A DNA stretch of 64,000 nucleotides from Nitrospirota bacterium. GTDB lineage: Bacteria > Nitrospirota > Nitrospiria > Nitrospirales > NS-4. Positions 31,884-44,597 of the stretch are shown here, one piece after another. Where the stretch lies: assembly GCA_963788195.1 (NCBI GenBank), contig CAWBGA010000017.1, positions 544,001 to 608,000 of the forward strand, written 5' to 3'. The position numbers and the translations under genes were made by a program. The notes beneath the pieces were generated by a model that had not been told where the DNA came from, ran no database searches, and worked only from the letters and a program-made list of their open reading frames with translations. Positions within the stretch are counted from its first letter, which is position 1. Each line of letters starts with the position of its first letter.

Positions 31884-32862
31884 GAGACGTCCGGAATCCA
31901 GAAGCTGGTCTCAGCTCAAGGTGGGTCTCGTCATCGTGCTGGCCGTTGTCGGCGTCCTCGCGGCCATTCTGAACTTGGATGAAGGCCTCGGCCTGTTTAC
32001 CAATCGCACTCCCCTGCGCGCCGAGCTCGATGACAGCCAGGGATTGAAGGTCGGCGCCCCTGTTCGCATGAGCGGCGTGGCTGTCGGCAATGTGAAACGG
32101 ATCACGATTGATGGAGAACGAGGCAAGGTGGACTTGGATTTCACCGTGGCTCGAGAGGTCAGGCCCCTGCTCCGCCAGGATGCGGCCGTCGTGGTTCGCC
32201 CCATGGGCCTGTTAGGCGATAAATATCTTGAAGTTCTTCCCGGCAGCCCCCGCCAACCGGTGTTACCCGTCGGCTCGGTGCTATCAGGCCGGGGCGATGC
32301 CGACTTGTCGAGTTTCGCCGGCAACGCCGGTGCCACTCTGACGACGGTGAACCAGACCTTACAGGACCTCCAAGCGGTGCTCACCGGGCTTCGAGAGGGA
32401 AAGGGGACGGCGGGCAAACTCGTGGCCAGCGCCGATCTCTACAACCACTCGACGGAGCTCATCGAGAAGATCGCGGCGATTTCCGATCAAACGTCCCAAC
32501 TCCTCACGAAGATCGAACGAGGCGAGGGGACCCTCGGGAAACTCGTCACCGACCGGGCCTTCTATGACCGCGCGAATGCCGCGCTTGATGGACTTCAACA
32601 ACTTACCGTCGTTCTGAACAATCCGGACGGAAGCCTGGGCCGGCTGGCCCGCGACCCCGCGCTATATCAGCGACTGGACCGGCTGACCGCCAAGGGTGAA
32701 GGGCTTATTTCCAAAGTGGAGCGGGGTGATGGCACTTTGGGCAAACTCGTGACCCAGGACAATCTGTATCAGCGCGCCGACAAGGTCTTAACGGAGGTGG
32801 AGACCCTGCTGGCGGACGTGAAGAAAAATCCCACCCGGTATTTTAAGTTCTCCGTCTTCTAA
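31880..32862 (+). CDS. mlaD: MCE/MlaD protein; the likely GTG start at 31880 is out of frame (small indel near 31884)
   Basis: WSQLKVG, GLKVGAPVRMSGVAVG, GLLGDKYL; repeated GxGTLGKL. Confidence 0.85.
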
Positions 32863-33149
32863 ACAGTTCGGCTTCATGATGCGCATAGTCCTTCGCGGTC
32901 TTCCTCCAAATACCCTTTCCATTTCGTTCCTCCTGTTTGCTATTCCAGCGTGTACTAGTAGCTGTACACAACCTGCCTCTGAAAAATTCAGCCTATCTAG
33001 GCGGCTGCCTGCCGACATTTCGGCAGCTGCCCGGATAACGGCATCGCGTATCGGCACCGATACAGCCTCCTCGGATGATCGTCACGCCGATGTAACGTAA
33101 TCCTAAAATCTTTCATATGCTTAGCACGCTAGCATCGCATGATAACTTC

Positions 33150-33165
33150 TGGAACAACGCTTGCT
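33150..33165 (+). promoter_or_regulatory. Putative sigma54 -24/-12 promoter
   Basis: TGGAACA-ACGC-TTGCT with GG-N10-GC spacing, about 60 nt upstream of 33227. Confidence 0.55.
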
Positions 33166-33226
33166 TTACCTAGACGCAGGAACACAAACCACACAAAGAT
33201 GCGTATCTGGGTAAAGGAGCTAATTT

Positions 33227-33562
33227 ATGGAGAAGATAGCGAGTTCCAAAAAGATATTCAGTATGGTCTTCTTTATTTTACTGGTCGCTGTGTCTATGAT
33301 CTGGACAGCGTCACCCGCTCAGGCGGTCGGACCCTATTTCGAAAACGAGAGTCCAGCGCAAGGACAACTTCAAGGTCCGAATCCCGCTTGGCCGAGACCG
33401 GACGAGCCACTGTGGTCGCCGAGCAATCCAACGCTCCAGTCCATACAGACGTTGAAAAAGGGCGATATAATTTTGAAGAGCTCTAAGAAGACAGCCATTC
33501 CCGAAACAGTGGCTCCGCACGTGGAAGATGCGAAGGCCGATCAGCATGTCGCTTTGCGCTGA
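33227..33562 (+). CDS. Small exported hypothetical protein
   Basis: AAGGAG RBS; signal peptide ending AQA. Confidence 0.6.
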   Translation: MEKIASSKKIFSMVFFILLVAVSMIWTASPAQAVGPYFENESPAQGQLQGPNPAWPRPDEPLWSPSNPTLQSIQTLKKGDIILKSSKKTAIPETVAPHVEDAKADQHVALR

Positions 33563-33679
33563 ATGGGAAACCCAAGCCGTTTGAGCTGCATCGCAGGCTG
33601 TGTGAGCAGCGTTTGAATGTGGAGACGTTGGTTACCGTCAGCATTGCGGACGCCTGCTGAGGCCAGGATGCCGTTTCGA

Positions 33680-34560
33680 ATGAAATGGCTGTGGCTGCTG
33701 GCACTGCTCGTTCTCCCCTTCTCGTTGCTGGCCGGTAAATCGTCAAAATCCTGAAACCCCCGAAGCCGTGCTGCGTGCTGTGATTCGGGCTAATGCCGAG
33801 AAGGACCTGGCATCCCTGGAAAAGTACATGGCAAAAGACCCGGATCTGGTTGTGTACTCGATAGGCGGCCGGAAATATGTCGGTTGGAAGGAAGTCGCAG
33901 AGGCGATGCAGGAGGAATTCGATGCGGCCGAACGGCTGGACATCACCATTACCGACCTTCACGTCTGGCAGCATGGAGATGTCGCGTGGTTTGCGATGGA
34001 GCTCAACTACAATCGTCCTGAAGGGAGTGATGAAGGACAGCGACCCATAGTCCTCGCCTTGCGTGATACCGGAGTGCTGGAGCGCCGTAAGGGTGCAATG
34101 GTTGTTGGTGAGCTGGCACGAATCCCTTCAGGCGCCCCCCGTGGAACCGGAAACAGAATCGGCCAGAACAGCATCGTCCGTACCGAACGGCATTGATCTA
34201 AGCGGGGAATGGGAAGTCGAGGAAGAGGATAGGACCTATCGAGCGCATCTCGATATGCAGGGTCACGGAACCTATACCTGGCAGGGCGGGCGAATCACGA
34301 CCACAGGATTCGCGGGCAATCGCTGGACCGGGACCTGGCAACAGCCCGGGAACGATCACGATGGGAAATTTGACATTGTGCTATCGGAAGATGGCACCCG
34401 CGCGGTAGGACGGTGGTGGTACACTCGAGTCGGCACGCGAACCAAGATCCCGCCGGGCATCGGGGGCAGTTATCGCTGGAGACGCGTGTCGCCGGTTCCG
34501 GCGCGCGCCTTGCTCCCCTCTTCCCCTCCTAAGCCGCCGGCGAAGAGGCCAGAAGGCTGA
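33680..34560 (+). pseudogene. Exported SnoaL/NTF2-like plus beta-barrel protein with two +1 frameshifts (near 33746 and 34095)
   Basis: Signal MKWLWLLALL, then NTF2-like YVGWKEV...GDVAW...RDTGVLERR, then QWLLVSWHES...DLSGEW in successive frames. Confidence 0.65.
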
Positions 34561-34573
34561 GCCGAACGGACCC

Positions 34574-35419
34574 ATGAACATCGCGATTCTAGGCTTGGGG
34601 ATCATCGGCAGCGCCTGGGCAAAAAATCTGATCGCGGACGGGCATGAGGTGCGGTGCTGGAACCGGACGCCAAAGGATTTTCCCAACTTCCATGCGTCCA
34701 TTCATGAGGCCGTGGACGGAGCGGAGGCAATCTTCATAGTCGTCGCCGACCCCGCTGCCGTGCAGTCCGTCCTTGATCAGATACAATCCAAGCTTGGCCC
34801 AGGGCGCCTGGTGATCCAGTCAAGCACGATTTCCGCTAAATGGACGCGGCTCTTTGCCGAACAGGTGCAGCAAATGGGCGCGTGGTATGTGGAGGCGCCC
34901 TTCACCGGCAGCAAGCCTGCAGCAGAACAGCGCCAGACGGTTTTTTATCTGGGTGGCGATCCGAAGGTGATCGAAAAGGCGCGTCCAATTCTCAACCGCC
35001 TGTCGAGGGCCATCCTCCACATTGGGCCGCTGGGTTCCGCTTCATCCCTCAAGCTCGCCATGAACCTGAACATCGCCGGTGTCGCCCAAAGCTTATGCGA
35101 GAGTTTGACGTTGTGCCGGGCCGCCGATATTCCGGACGACGTCTATTTCCACGCCCTGGCCCAGAATGTTGCCCGTTCCGGGCTGTCCGAGCTGAAAGAA
35201 CCCAAGCTCCGCGGGCGAGATTACACCGCACAGTTTTCCATCAAACACATGGCGAAAGACCTTCGCCTGGCGTTGGAAACCGCAGCGGATCTCTTCGTGC
35301 CGCTTGAACAAACCGAGCAACTCAAAAAGGCCTACGACCGCGGCATCGCGGCCGGCTGGAAGGACGAGGATTTCATTGGCCTGGTGCGGCTGCTCGACCG
35401 AACGAAAATGAACGCGTGA
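34574..35419 (+). CDS. NAD(P)-dependent 3-hydroxyisobutyrate dehydrogenase family oxidoreductase
   Basis: GLGIIG, WNRT, EAPFTGS, KLAMN, KDLRLA. Confidence 0.9.
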   Translation: MNIAILGLGIIGSAWAKNLIADGHEVRCWNRTPKDFPNFHASIHEAVDGAEAIFIVVADPAAVQSVLDQIQSKLGPGRLVIQSSTISAKWTRLFAEQVQQMGAWYVEAPFTGSKPAAEQRQTVFYLGGDPKVIEKARPILNRLSRAILHIGPLGSASSLKLAMNLNIAGVAQSLCESLTLCRAADIPDDVYFHALAQNVARSGLSELKEPKLRGRDYTAQFSIKHMAKDLRLALETAADLFVPLEQTEQLKKAYDRGIAAGWKDEDFIGLVRLLDRTKMNA

Positions 35420-37057
35420 TGAAAGCCGCTGAGCTGTTCGTGAAGTGCCTGGAGAATGAAGATGTCGAGTACATATTCGGTGTGCCGGGCGAAGAGAACC
35501 TCGACATCATGAATGCGCTGTTTGATAGTTCCATCAAGTTTATCACGACAAGACATGAGCAGGGCGCTGCCTTCATGGCCGACGTGTACGGACGGCTCAC
35601 CGGGAAGGCCGGTATCTGCCTGGCCACCCTGGGACCCGGCGCGACGAACTTGTTAACCGGTGTCGCAGATGCAAATCTGGATCGTGTGCCTCTCGTCGCC
35701 ATCACTGGACAGGTATCTCTTGATCGGATGCACAAGGAGTCACACCAGTACGTTGACGTGATGGGGATGTTCAAGCCCGTCACGAAATGGCAGGCACAGG
35801 TCTCCAGGGTATCCATCATTCCGGAGGTCGTCCGGAAAGCCTTCAAGGTGGCGCAGACAGAAAAGCCGGGCGCGACCCACGTGGAAGTGTCGGAGGACGT
35901 GGCCGCCATGCCGGTCGGCGCCCGTGCCGACGAAACGCCGCTACGCGTCCAGGCCCCTTCCGTCCCTGAACCGCTGACCGCGCAGGTGACGCGGGCGATT
36001 CACGCAATCCAAGGAGCCCGCCGGCCCCTGATTCTTGCGGGTAACGGTGTCGTGCGGCGCCAGGCGCACGAGGCTGTGCGGCGGTTTGCCCGGACTCTGA
36101 ATATTCCTGTCCTGCACACCTTTATGGGCAAGGGCATCGTGCCCGACGGCGATCCCTTGTCGCTCTATACCATTGGCTTGCGGTTGCGCGACTACCCGGC
36201 GCTCGCGATGGAGCAGGCGGACGTCGTGATTGCGGTGGGCTACGACTTCGTCGAGTACGCGCCGTGTTACTGGAATCCCAACCGAGACAAGCGTGTCGTG
36301 CACGTCGATTTATCGCCGGCCGAAGTGGACGCGCACTATATCGTCGAAGTCGGCGTGCTTGGTGATCTGGCTATTTCTCTGGAGCAGATCGGTGCTGGTC
36401 TGTCACCGTTCCCCCCTGATTGGGCCAAGCGAGAGCGCGAGCGTATCCTCGCCGGATTCGAAGCCGAGGGAGCCGGGCCTGCCACATGGCCGATGCGCCC
36501 TCAGAATCTCATCGCCCAGCTGCGGGCAGCCCTGGCCCCCGAGGATCTGGTGATCTGCGATGTAGGGGCCCATAAGTTATGGATGGGGCGGATGTTCCCA
36601 TGCGAGGTTCCCAACACATGTCTCATCTCCAATGGGTTGGCCAGCATGGGGATCGGCCTGCCTGGGGCGATTGCCGCAAAGCTGACGTTCCCGCAACGAC
36701 GAGTGCTGACGGTGTGCGGCGACGGCGGCTTTCTCATGAACGTACAGGAATTAGAGACAGCAGTGCGCCTTGGGGTGCCGGTGGTTGTGTTGGTCTGGCG
36801 TGATGAAGGCTACGGCGTGATCCGGTGGAATCAGCAGGTGCGGTTCGGCCGCACGATCGCGGTGGACTTCGGCAATCCGGACCTGGTGGCGCTGGCAGAG
36901 AGCTTCGGCGCGGTTGGATTACGAGTGTCGCATTCCACCGAGCTTCGTCCCTGCCTGGCCGAAGGCGTTTCAAGCGGAGCGCCCCGTGGTCATCGACTGC
37001 CCGGTGGACTATGCGGAGAACCTCAAGCTGACGGAGCGCCTGAAGGCTCTGAGCTGA
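35419..37057 (+). pseudogene. Acetolactate synthase large subunit-like ThDP enzyme, +1 frameshift near 36960
   Basis: FGVPGEEN, RHEQGA, GPGATN, GDGGF; the true C-terminus PVVIDCPVDYAEN lies in the shifted frame and ends at 37057. Confidence 0.8.
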
Positions 37058-37108
37058 ACCTGGTAACATCGCCGAGTAGACCCAGAGTTCAAAAGAAAGG
37101 ATGGGACT

Positions 37109-38173
37109 ATGAAAATGATCACGACTGTCCTGACGGGGTTGCTTTTATTCCTTTCCTTACCTACCTTCGCCGCGGGAGGAACCCTCGAGCCCAATACTGA
37201 TCAGTTTATTCAGGCGCTTGCCGCCAAGGGTGGGCCGCCGATTTACAAACTCTCGATTGAAGAGGCGCGCAAGGTGCTCGACAGCGCGCAGTCCGATACC
37301 CTGAACAAGGCGCCGGCTCAGATCGAAAACCGGACCATTCCGGCCAGGTCAGCCGGCGAGGCTTCTCTTCGAGAAGACCAGGCAATGACCGGCGGGCAGG
37401 CCCAGGACATTTCACTTCGCATCGTTCGTCCGAAAAACAGCAGCGGACCATTGCCGGTGATCATGTACTTCCATGGCGGCGGCTGGATCCTGGGCAACGA
37501 GAATACGCACGATCGTCTCGTTCGTGAAATCGCCAAGGGGACAAACGCTGCCGTCGTGTTCGTAAACTATACCCCCTCACCTGAGGCCAAATATCCGACT
37601 GCTATTGAGCAGGCATACACCGCCACGAAGTATGTAGCCGAGCACGGTAAGGATCTGAATCTCGACTCCTCTCGCCTTGCCGTGGCTGGAGATAGCGTGG
37701 GCGGGAATATGGCCGCCGTGGTTGCGCTCATGGCCAAGGAGCGGGCTGGTCCGAAGATCAGCTACCAAGTGCTTTTCTACCCTGTGACGGATGCGAACTT
37801 CGATACTCCCTCGTATCGGGAGTTCGCAAACGGTCCATGGCTCACCAAACCGGCCATGGAGTGGTTCTGGAATGCCTACGCGCCCGATGCGGCTACACGG
37901 AAGAAGCCGACAGCCTCCCCACTGCAGGCGTCGGTGGATCAGCTCAAGGGCTTGCCGCCGGCCCTCGTCATCACCGATGAGAACGATGTCCTGCGCGATG
38001 AGGGCGAGGCGTACGCCCATAAACTTAGCCAAGCCGGCGTGACAGTGACAGCGGTGCGCTATCTAGGCACCATCCATGATTTCGTGATGCTCGATGCACT
38101 CAAGGACACCCCGGCTGCGCGCAGCGCGATCGCACTTGCAAACGCAAACCTGCAACAGGCCTTTGCAAAATAA
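37109..38173 (+). CDS. Alpha/beta hydrolase, HSL-family esterase
   Basis: HGGGW, GDSVGG, DVLRDEG, HDF. Confidence 0.92.
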   Translation: MKMITTVLTGLLLFLSLPTFAAGGTLEPNTDQFIQALAAKGGPPIYKLSIEEARKVLDSAQSDTLNKAPAQIENRTIPARSAGEASLREDQAMTGGQAQDISLRIVRPKNSSGPLPVIMYFHGGGWILGNENTHDRLVREIAKGTNAAVVFVNYTPSPEAKYPTAIEQAYTATKYVAEHGKDLNLDSSRLAVAGDSVGGNMAAVVALMAKERAGPKISYQVLFYPVTDANFDTPSYREFANGPWLTKPAMEWFWNAYAPDAATRKKPTASPLQASVDQLKGLPPALVITDENDVLRDEGEAYAHKLSQAGVTVTAVRYLGTIHDFVMLDALKDTPAARSAIALANANLQQAFAK

Positions 38174-38260
38174 GGAAGGACGACGCACTGAATTCCGAGG
38201 CTGGAGAATACGACTGAGCGAAAAAGGCATCTCTTTCATCTAGTATGAGGTGATAGTAGC

Positions 38261-39235
38261 ATGATCATGGGAAAGATGATCGGCATCAGTATCTTGCTGT
38301 TATTGATGTCGACTGCACTGCTCAACGCGCAGCCGAAACAGTCTCTCATTCAAGAGTATCCTGTTCCTGCCGGCTCTCATCCCCATGATGTGGCGCCGGC
38401 CTCCGACGGCACAGTTTGGTACGTCGCCCAAGGGTCCGGCGAATTGGGCCGCCTTGACCCTGTCACCGGAAAGGTTCGCCGAATCAACCTCGGAGACAAG
38501 TCCCGACCACATGGCGTCATTGTGGGACCTGACGGCGCGCCGTGGGTCACGGACGGCGGCTTGAATGCGATCGTGCGGATGGATCCGGCAACTGAAGAAA
38601 TCAAAGTTTTTCCCTTGCCTAAGAACAGGCCAGGCGCGAACCTGAACACCGCGACATTCGATCGGAGCGGTGTTCTCTGGTTTACAGGACAGACCGGCAT
38701 CTATGGGAAGCTCGATCCAAAGCGCGGGCAAGTCGAGGTGTTCGATGCACCAAAAGGACCGGGGGCCTATGGCATCGCGACAGCCCCTGATGGCACGGTA
38801 TATTTTGTCTCGCTCGCCGGCAGCTACCTGGGCCGTATTGACTCGCAGACCGGCGCGGCCACGATGATCGATCCGCCCACGCCCAAGCAGGGCGCCCGCC
38901 GAGTGTGGGCAGACTCGAAAGGCAATATCTGGGTCAGCGAATGGAACGTCGGCCAGGTTGCTCGATATACGCCATCGAGTGGTTCATGGCGCGAATGGCG
39001 CCTCCCAGGCGACAAGCCCGGAGCGTATGCGCTTTACGTCGACGACCAGGACAAGGTATGGCTGAGCGACTTCGAGGCAAATGCATTGGTGCGGTTCGAC
39101 CCACAAAGAGAGACCTTTGAGACCTTCCCGATTCCGACTCCAGGGGCAAAGGTCCGCCAATTGCTGGGGCGTCACGGCGAAGTCTGGGGCGCCGAATCCG
39201 CGACCGATAAGCTTGTGGTTGTCAGGGCTAACTAG
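38261..39235 (+). CDS. Virginiamycin B lyase-like (Vgb) beta-propeller protein
   Basis: Signal peptide; PHDVAP, PHGV..GPDG and WFTGQ propeller repeats. Confidence 0.85.
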   Translation: MIMGKMIGISILLLLMSTALLNAQPKQSLIQEYPVPAGSHPHDVAPASDGTVWYVAQGSGELGRLDPVTGKVRRINLGDKSRPHGVIVGPDGAPWVTDGGLNAIVRMDPATEEIKVFPLPKNRPGANLNTATFDRSGVLWFTGQTGIYGKLDPKRGQVEVFDAPKGPGAYGIATAPDGTVYFVSLAGSYLGRIDSQTGAATMIDPPTPKQGARRVWADSKGNIWVSEWNVGQVARYTPSSGSWREWRLPGDKPGAYALYVDDQDKVWLSDFEANALVRFDPQRETFETFPIPTPGAKVRQLLGRHGEVWGAESATDKLVVVRAN

Positions 39236-39251
39236 AGAAGGAGTACGAGCC

Positions 39252-40901
39252 ATGGCCGAAAATAATCCTCATTCCATCGCTTTTCCGACGCTTGACGAGG
39301 CCCAAATCAAGGAACTCGCCCGTTGCACCAGCGCCGCGCCTAAGTTGTATCGGGACGGAGAGACGCTCTTTGCGGTTGGCGACCGCGACTTCAAATTCTT
39401 CATCGTGACCTCCGGTGAGGTCGAGATCGTCGATCACTCCGGCGATGAGCCGAAGACCGTGACGATCCATCGCAAGGGCCAATTCACCGGCGACGTTTCA
39501 TTCCTCACCGGCAATCCGGCAGTGGTCAGCGGGGTCGCCCGGGGCAACATCGAGGTGTACGAGGTCAGAGCGGAGGCTCTGCGAAAAGCCCTTAACCAGT
39601 GCCCGACCCTCAGCGACATCATCCTCCAAGCCTTCATCGCCCGGCGTCAGCTTCTCCGCGATTCTGCGGACTTTACCGGCCTGCGGGTCATCGGCTCCCG
39701 CTACTCCGCCGATACCTTCCGCGTCCGCGATTTCCTGGCCAAGAACCGCGCGCTCTTCACGTGGGTGGACGTTGAGACAGACCCGCAGGTCGACGTGCTG
39801 CTCAAACAGTTCGGAGTGACCGAGGCCGATACGCCCGTCGTCGCGTGCAGTCATATGCTGCTTCTGCGCAATCCTTCAAACCGGGAGCTCGCGGAACGGA
39901 TCGGCATCCGCCAGCCTTTGGAGCAGACGGTCTACGACCTGGTGGTGGTCGGCGGCGGGCTGGCGGGGCTGGCCGCCGCAGTGTACGGAGCGTCCGAAGG
40001 GCTCCAGACGGTAGTGCTGGAGCGCACTGCACCCGGGGGGCAGGCCGGGAGCAGCATGCGGATCGAAAACTATCTCGGGTTTCCGACCGGCGTGACAGGC
40101 AGCGAGCTGGCAGACCGCGCGATCCTACAGGCCAACAGGTTTGGCGCCCGTCTGTCCGTCCCCACGCCCGTGGTCAGCCTGGCGTTCGACCAAGTCTACC
40201 CGGTGTTGGAACTGGAGGGGGGAGAGAAGGTCACCACGAAGTGCCTACTGATCGCAACGGGCGCCGACTACCGCCGGCTGGAGGTCGAGGGATATGAGCG
40301 GTTCGAGGGGAAGGGCGTCTACTACGCTGCCACCCCGACTGAAGCGCCGATGTGCCGAGGTGAAAAGGTATTGCTCGTTGGGGGCGGGAACTCGGCGGGC
40401 CAGGCAGCGGTCTTTCTGTCCCAGCACGCCCGGCAGGTGCTGCTTCTGATTCGCGGCGATAGTCTGTACAAGGACATGTCCAGTTATTTGGTCGCGAGAA
40501 TCAAGCAGACGACGAATATCGAGGTGCTCTACAACACGACGATCCGCCAGATGAACGGGGACGGGTATCTGAGCTCAGTTAAAATCGTCAATGACAAGAC
40601 CGGGGAAGCGTCGACGGTGGAGACACCGGCGGTGTTTTGCTTTATCGGGGCGGTGCCGCGAACCGACTGGCTGCCTCCGCAAATCGAGAGGGACCCTCAA
40701 GGATTCATCCAGACCGGCCCGGCTCTGGCGGTTTCTTCCCACTGGAGCGCCCGGCGGCAGCCTTTCTTATTGGAGACCAGCCGCCCTGGTGTGTTCGCTG
40801 CCGGAGATGTGAGGTCCGGCTCAGTCAAGCGGGTCGCGTCAGCGGTCGGTGAGGGATCGATGGCGGTCCAGTTCGTACATGAATACCTCAAGGAGCTATG
40901 A
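39252..40901 (+). CDS. cNMP-binding domain fused to a thioredoxin-reductase-like FAD oxidoreductase
   Basis: cNMP domain (GQFTGD); [32 protein letters not shown]. Confidence 0.9.
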   Translation: MAENNPHSIAFPTLDEAQIKELARCTSAAPKLYRDGETLFAVGDRDFKFFIVTSGEVEIVDHSGDEPKTVTIHRKGQFTGDVSFLTGNPAVVSGVARGNIEVYEVRAEALRKALNQCPTLSDIILQAFIARRQLLRDSADFTGLRVIGSRYSADTFRVRDFLAKNRALFTWVDVETDPQVDVLLKQFGVTEADTPVVACSHMLLLRNPSNRELAERIGIRQPLEQTVYDLVVVGGGLAGLAAAVYGASEGLQTVVLERTAPGGQAGSSMRIENYLGFPTGVTGSELADRAILQANRFGARLSVPTPVVSLAFDQVYPVLELEGGEKVTTKCLLIATGADYRRLEVEGYERFEGKGVYYAATPTEAPMCRGEKVLLVGGGNSAGQAAVFLSQHARQVLLLIRGDSLYKDMSSYLVARIKQTTNIEVLYNTTIRQMNGDGYLSSVKIVNDKTGEASTVETPAVFCFIGAVPRTDWLPPQIERDPQGFIQTGPALAVSSHWSARRQPFLLETSRPGVFAAGDVRSGSVKRVASAVGEGSMAVQFVHEYLKEL

Positions 40902-40917
40902 ATCAAGGAGTATCCCC

Positions 40918-41904
<987 letters not shown>

Positions 41905-42049
41905 GTCCCCTTCACAGTAGCCGCCATTTTCTACTGAAGTCACTCCGACCTCATTTTACGTTCACCGAAACTTCATCAGATATCGTTCCCCGTGTTGACT
42001 GTTGCAGAAAAATAAGAAAGGCCTTGACTTCAACGTATGAGATGCCATA

Positions 42050-42080
42050 TACCATCCATATGGATGTTTCATGGATGGTA
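42050..42080. promoter_or_regulatory. Palindromic operator upstream of the CopG-family gene
   Basis: TACCATCCAT-N11-ATGGATGGTA; internal perfect palindrome CATCCATATGGATG; TTGACT at 42024. Confidence 0.65.
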
Positions 42081-42096
42081 CACGGATGTTTAAAGG

Positions 42097-42492
42097 ATGG
42101 TCATGCAAAGCGACACCGAAAAAATCACGATTAATCTAGGCTTCGTCGATCTCGGACAGATCGATCTGTTGGTGCAGGAGGGCTTTTATTCCAACCGGAC
42201 AGATTTGATTCGCACCGCAATCCGCAACCAACTCGCCGCGCATTCAGACGTCGTGAAGCAAACTATAGCGCGCAAAATCCTAGTGCTCGGTCTGCAACGT
42301 TATAGCCGCCGAGACCTCGAGGCGGTACGGGCGAGAGGGGAAAAGCTGCAGATCCAGGTTCTCGGCTTAGTCATCATTGACGATGACGTGACTCCCGACC
42401 TCGCCACGGCGACTATCGACTCGCTCGTGGTGCTGGGAGCCTTGCGGGCAAGCGCGGAAGTCAAGGCTGCCCTCGCCGATCGGATTCACTAA
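42097..42492 (+). CDS. CopG/RHH-family transcriptional regulator
   Basis: EKITINLGFVDLGQIDLLVQEGFYSNRTD. Confidence 0.85.
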   Translation: MVMQSDTEKITINLGFVDLGQIDLLVQEGFYSNRTDLIRTAIRNQLAAHSDVVKQTIARKILVLGLQRYSRRDLEAVRARGEKLQIQVLGLVIIDDDVTPDLATATIDSLVVLGALRASAEVKAALADRIH

Positions 42493-42524
42493 CTCAGTTC
42501 GGCCTTTTTTACGGGAGACATACA

Positions 42525-43748
42525 ATGACTGAGACAATGCAAACTGAGATGGCGGAAGCCACACGATTGACGCGCATGGGACAGCTGCTTGATGCCACCG
42601 CCCTCATCCAACGCACACTAGGCGGCGCATCGAAAGCTTCGTCCACCGTCACCGCCTCCACAGTTGATGAGCCTATCGACGTCAGCTTTCGCGTCGTTGA
42701 GCCAGGTCCACAGAACATCTCCACGGCGATACTGCCCGGCATTGCGGTGTTGCCTTATACAGCCGAGCATACATCCGCCGAAGTGATCGACGCGGCGGTG
42801 GCCTTTCGCAAGAACCGATCCACTTCTGGCCAGGCGCATAGCGACATTTGGGCGGGAGGGCAATTTATCGAGGGATCCTTTACAAATAATGCCGGCACTC
42901 GCGCGTACAAACTGTATGTGCCTAAGGCATATCACGGGCAGGCCCTTCCATTGGTCGTGATGCTCCACGGCTGTACGCAGAACCCGGACGACTTCGCCGC
43001 GGGTACGCGCATGAATCTATTGGCAGAGCGGGAACAGTTTTTGGTCGTCTATCCCGCGCAGACGGCCTCCAGCAATCAGTCAAAGTGTTGGAAGTGGTTC
43101 AACAAAACCGATCAGCAGCGGGAACGTGGCGAGCCTTCTATTATCGCTGGCATCACCCGCAAGATTCTTAGCACCTACCACTGCGACGCCGGCCAGGTAT
43201 ACGTCGCCGGAATGTCGGCGGGTGGAGCGATGGCCGTGATCATGGGGATGTCCTACCCGGATCTGTATAGTGCCATCGGCGTGCACTCCGGCCTCCCCTA
43301 CGGGGTTGCGCATGACCTGCCGTCCGCGTTCGCGGCCATGAAGCACGGAGGACGAACCTCGGCAGGAACACACAACAGCCGCTTGTCAGCGGCAGGGACA
43401 CATGCCCGGGTCGTCCCAACCATCGTCTTCCATGGAGATCGAGACACGACGGTTCATCCCCGTAACGGGGATCATGTGCTTGCCCAATTGGCGGGCTTCG
43501 GGCCGGGGATGAACGCAACGAACCTGCGCAAGACTGTAAAGCGGATACACGTCGCAAATCGCCATGGGTACACCCACACCATCTACCACGATGCCGGCGG
43601 TGATACGGTCATGGAGCGGTGGTTGGTGCATGGTGCCGGCCATGCGTGGTCAGGAGGGAGTCCTCATGGCTCATTTACCGATCCGAAAGGGCCGGATGCC
43701 TCGCAGGAAATGGTGCGTTTCTTCCTACGAAGATCAGCTCCGCGATGA
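42525..43748 (+). CDS. PHB depolymerase-family esterase (LpqC-like)
   Basis: MLHGCTQ, AGMSAGG, FHGDRD, GHAWSGG. Confidence 0.9.
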   Translation: MTETMQTEMAEATRLTRMGQLLDATALIQRTLGGASKASSTVTASTVDEPIDVSFRVVEPGPQNISTAILPGIAVLPYTAEHTSAEVIDAAVAFRKNRSTSGQAHSDIWAGGQFIEGSFTNNAGTRAYKLYVPKAYHGQALPLVVMLHGCTQNPDDFAAGTRMNLLAEREQFLVVYPAQTASSNQSKCWKWFNKTDQQRERGEPSIIAGITRKILSTYHCDAGQVYVAGMSAGGAMAVIMGMSYPDLYSAIGVHSGLPYGVAHDLPSAFAAMKHGGRTSAGTHNSRLSAAGTHARVVPTIVFHGDRDTTVHPRNGDHVLAQLAGFGPGMNATNLRKTVKRIHVANRHGYTHTIYHDAGGDTVMERWLVHGAGHAWSGGSPHGSFTDPKGPDASQEMVRFFLRRSAPR

Positions 43749-43885
43749 GCGCGGCCAACAAGACCGATGGCAGTTCCTTCAACACGGAAGTAGGCTGGCA
43801 AACTTGTCATCATGAACTTATACTCAGCATGAGGGACCAATGTCTCGACGGCCGAGTCGCATAAACGATTAACAGGAATATCACC

Positions 43886-44584
43886 ATGCGAATAGCAACA
43901 AGTCTCGGTGCAATGTTTATCAGTCTCATATGGCTAACGGTCGGCGGCTATGCCGAAGACCTGCAGAAATTGCCTGGTAAGGCGGTTGATGGGTGTCCTG
44001 TGACTCCTCCGCAAACGGAAGGTCCTTATTATCCACCCAAGGCTCAACTTGAGGCGCAACTTGATAAGGATAACGATCTGACGCAGATAAAAGGCGAAAC
44101 CGGCAAGGCCAAGGGCCAGATCTTATATGTTCTCGGCCAGGTTACAGATACCCACTGCCGACCCATCAAAGGCGCCGTCGTGGAAATTTGGCAAGCGACC
44201 GAAGGCGGGCGCTATAAACACCCGCGAGATACCAAGAATCCGGCGCCTCTGGACCCGCATTTTCAATACTGGGGCAAATATGTGACGGACCAGGATGGTC
44301 GCTATGTCTTTAAGACGATCAAGCCGGGCGCGTACTCGATAGGACCGGGAACGATGAGACCGTCGCATGTTCACTTCAAAATATCCCATCCCGACCATCC
44401 CGAGCTCATCACGCAACTGTACTTTGTCGGCGATCGCTTCCAGGACACAGACCCGATTCTGAAGGATGTCCCCCGACAGGATCGCAACAGGCTCATTGTC
44501 GCGATGGAAGAACCGGGGGGCGACTATGAACGGGAAGCAAGGGTCGCCCGATTTAACGTGACGCTACCGGGCGGTAAACCCTAA
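43886..44584 (+). CDS. Exported intradiol ring-cleavage dioxygenase-like protein
   Basis: TEGPYY, VEIWQA..GRY, RPSHVHF, TQLYF. Confidence 0.85.
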   Translation: MRIATSLGAMFISLIWLTVGGYAEDLQKLPGKAVDGCPVTPPQTEGPYYPPKAQLEAQLDKDNDLTQIKGETGKAKGQILYVLGQVTDTHCRPIKGAVVEIWQATEGGRYKHPRDTKNPAPLDPHFQYWGKYVTDQDGRYVFKTIKPGAYSIGPGTMRPSHVHFKISHPDHPELITQLYFVGDRFQDTDPILKDVPRQDRNRLIVAMEEPGGDYEREARVARFNVTLPGGKP

Positions 44585-44597
44585 ATCCGGCAGGGAA

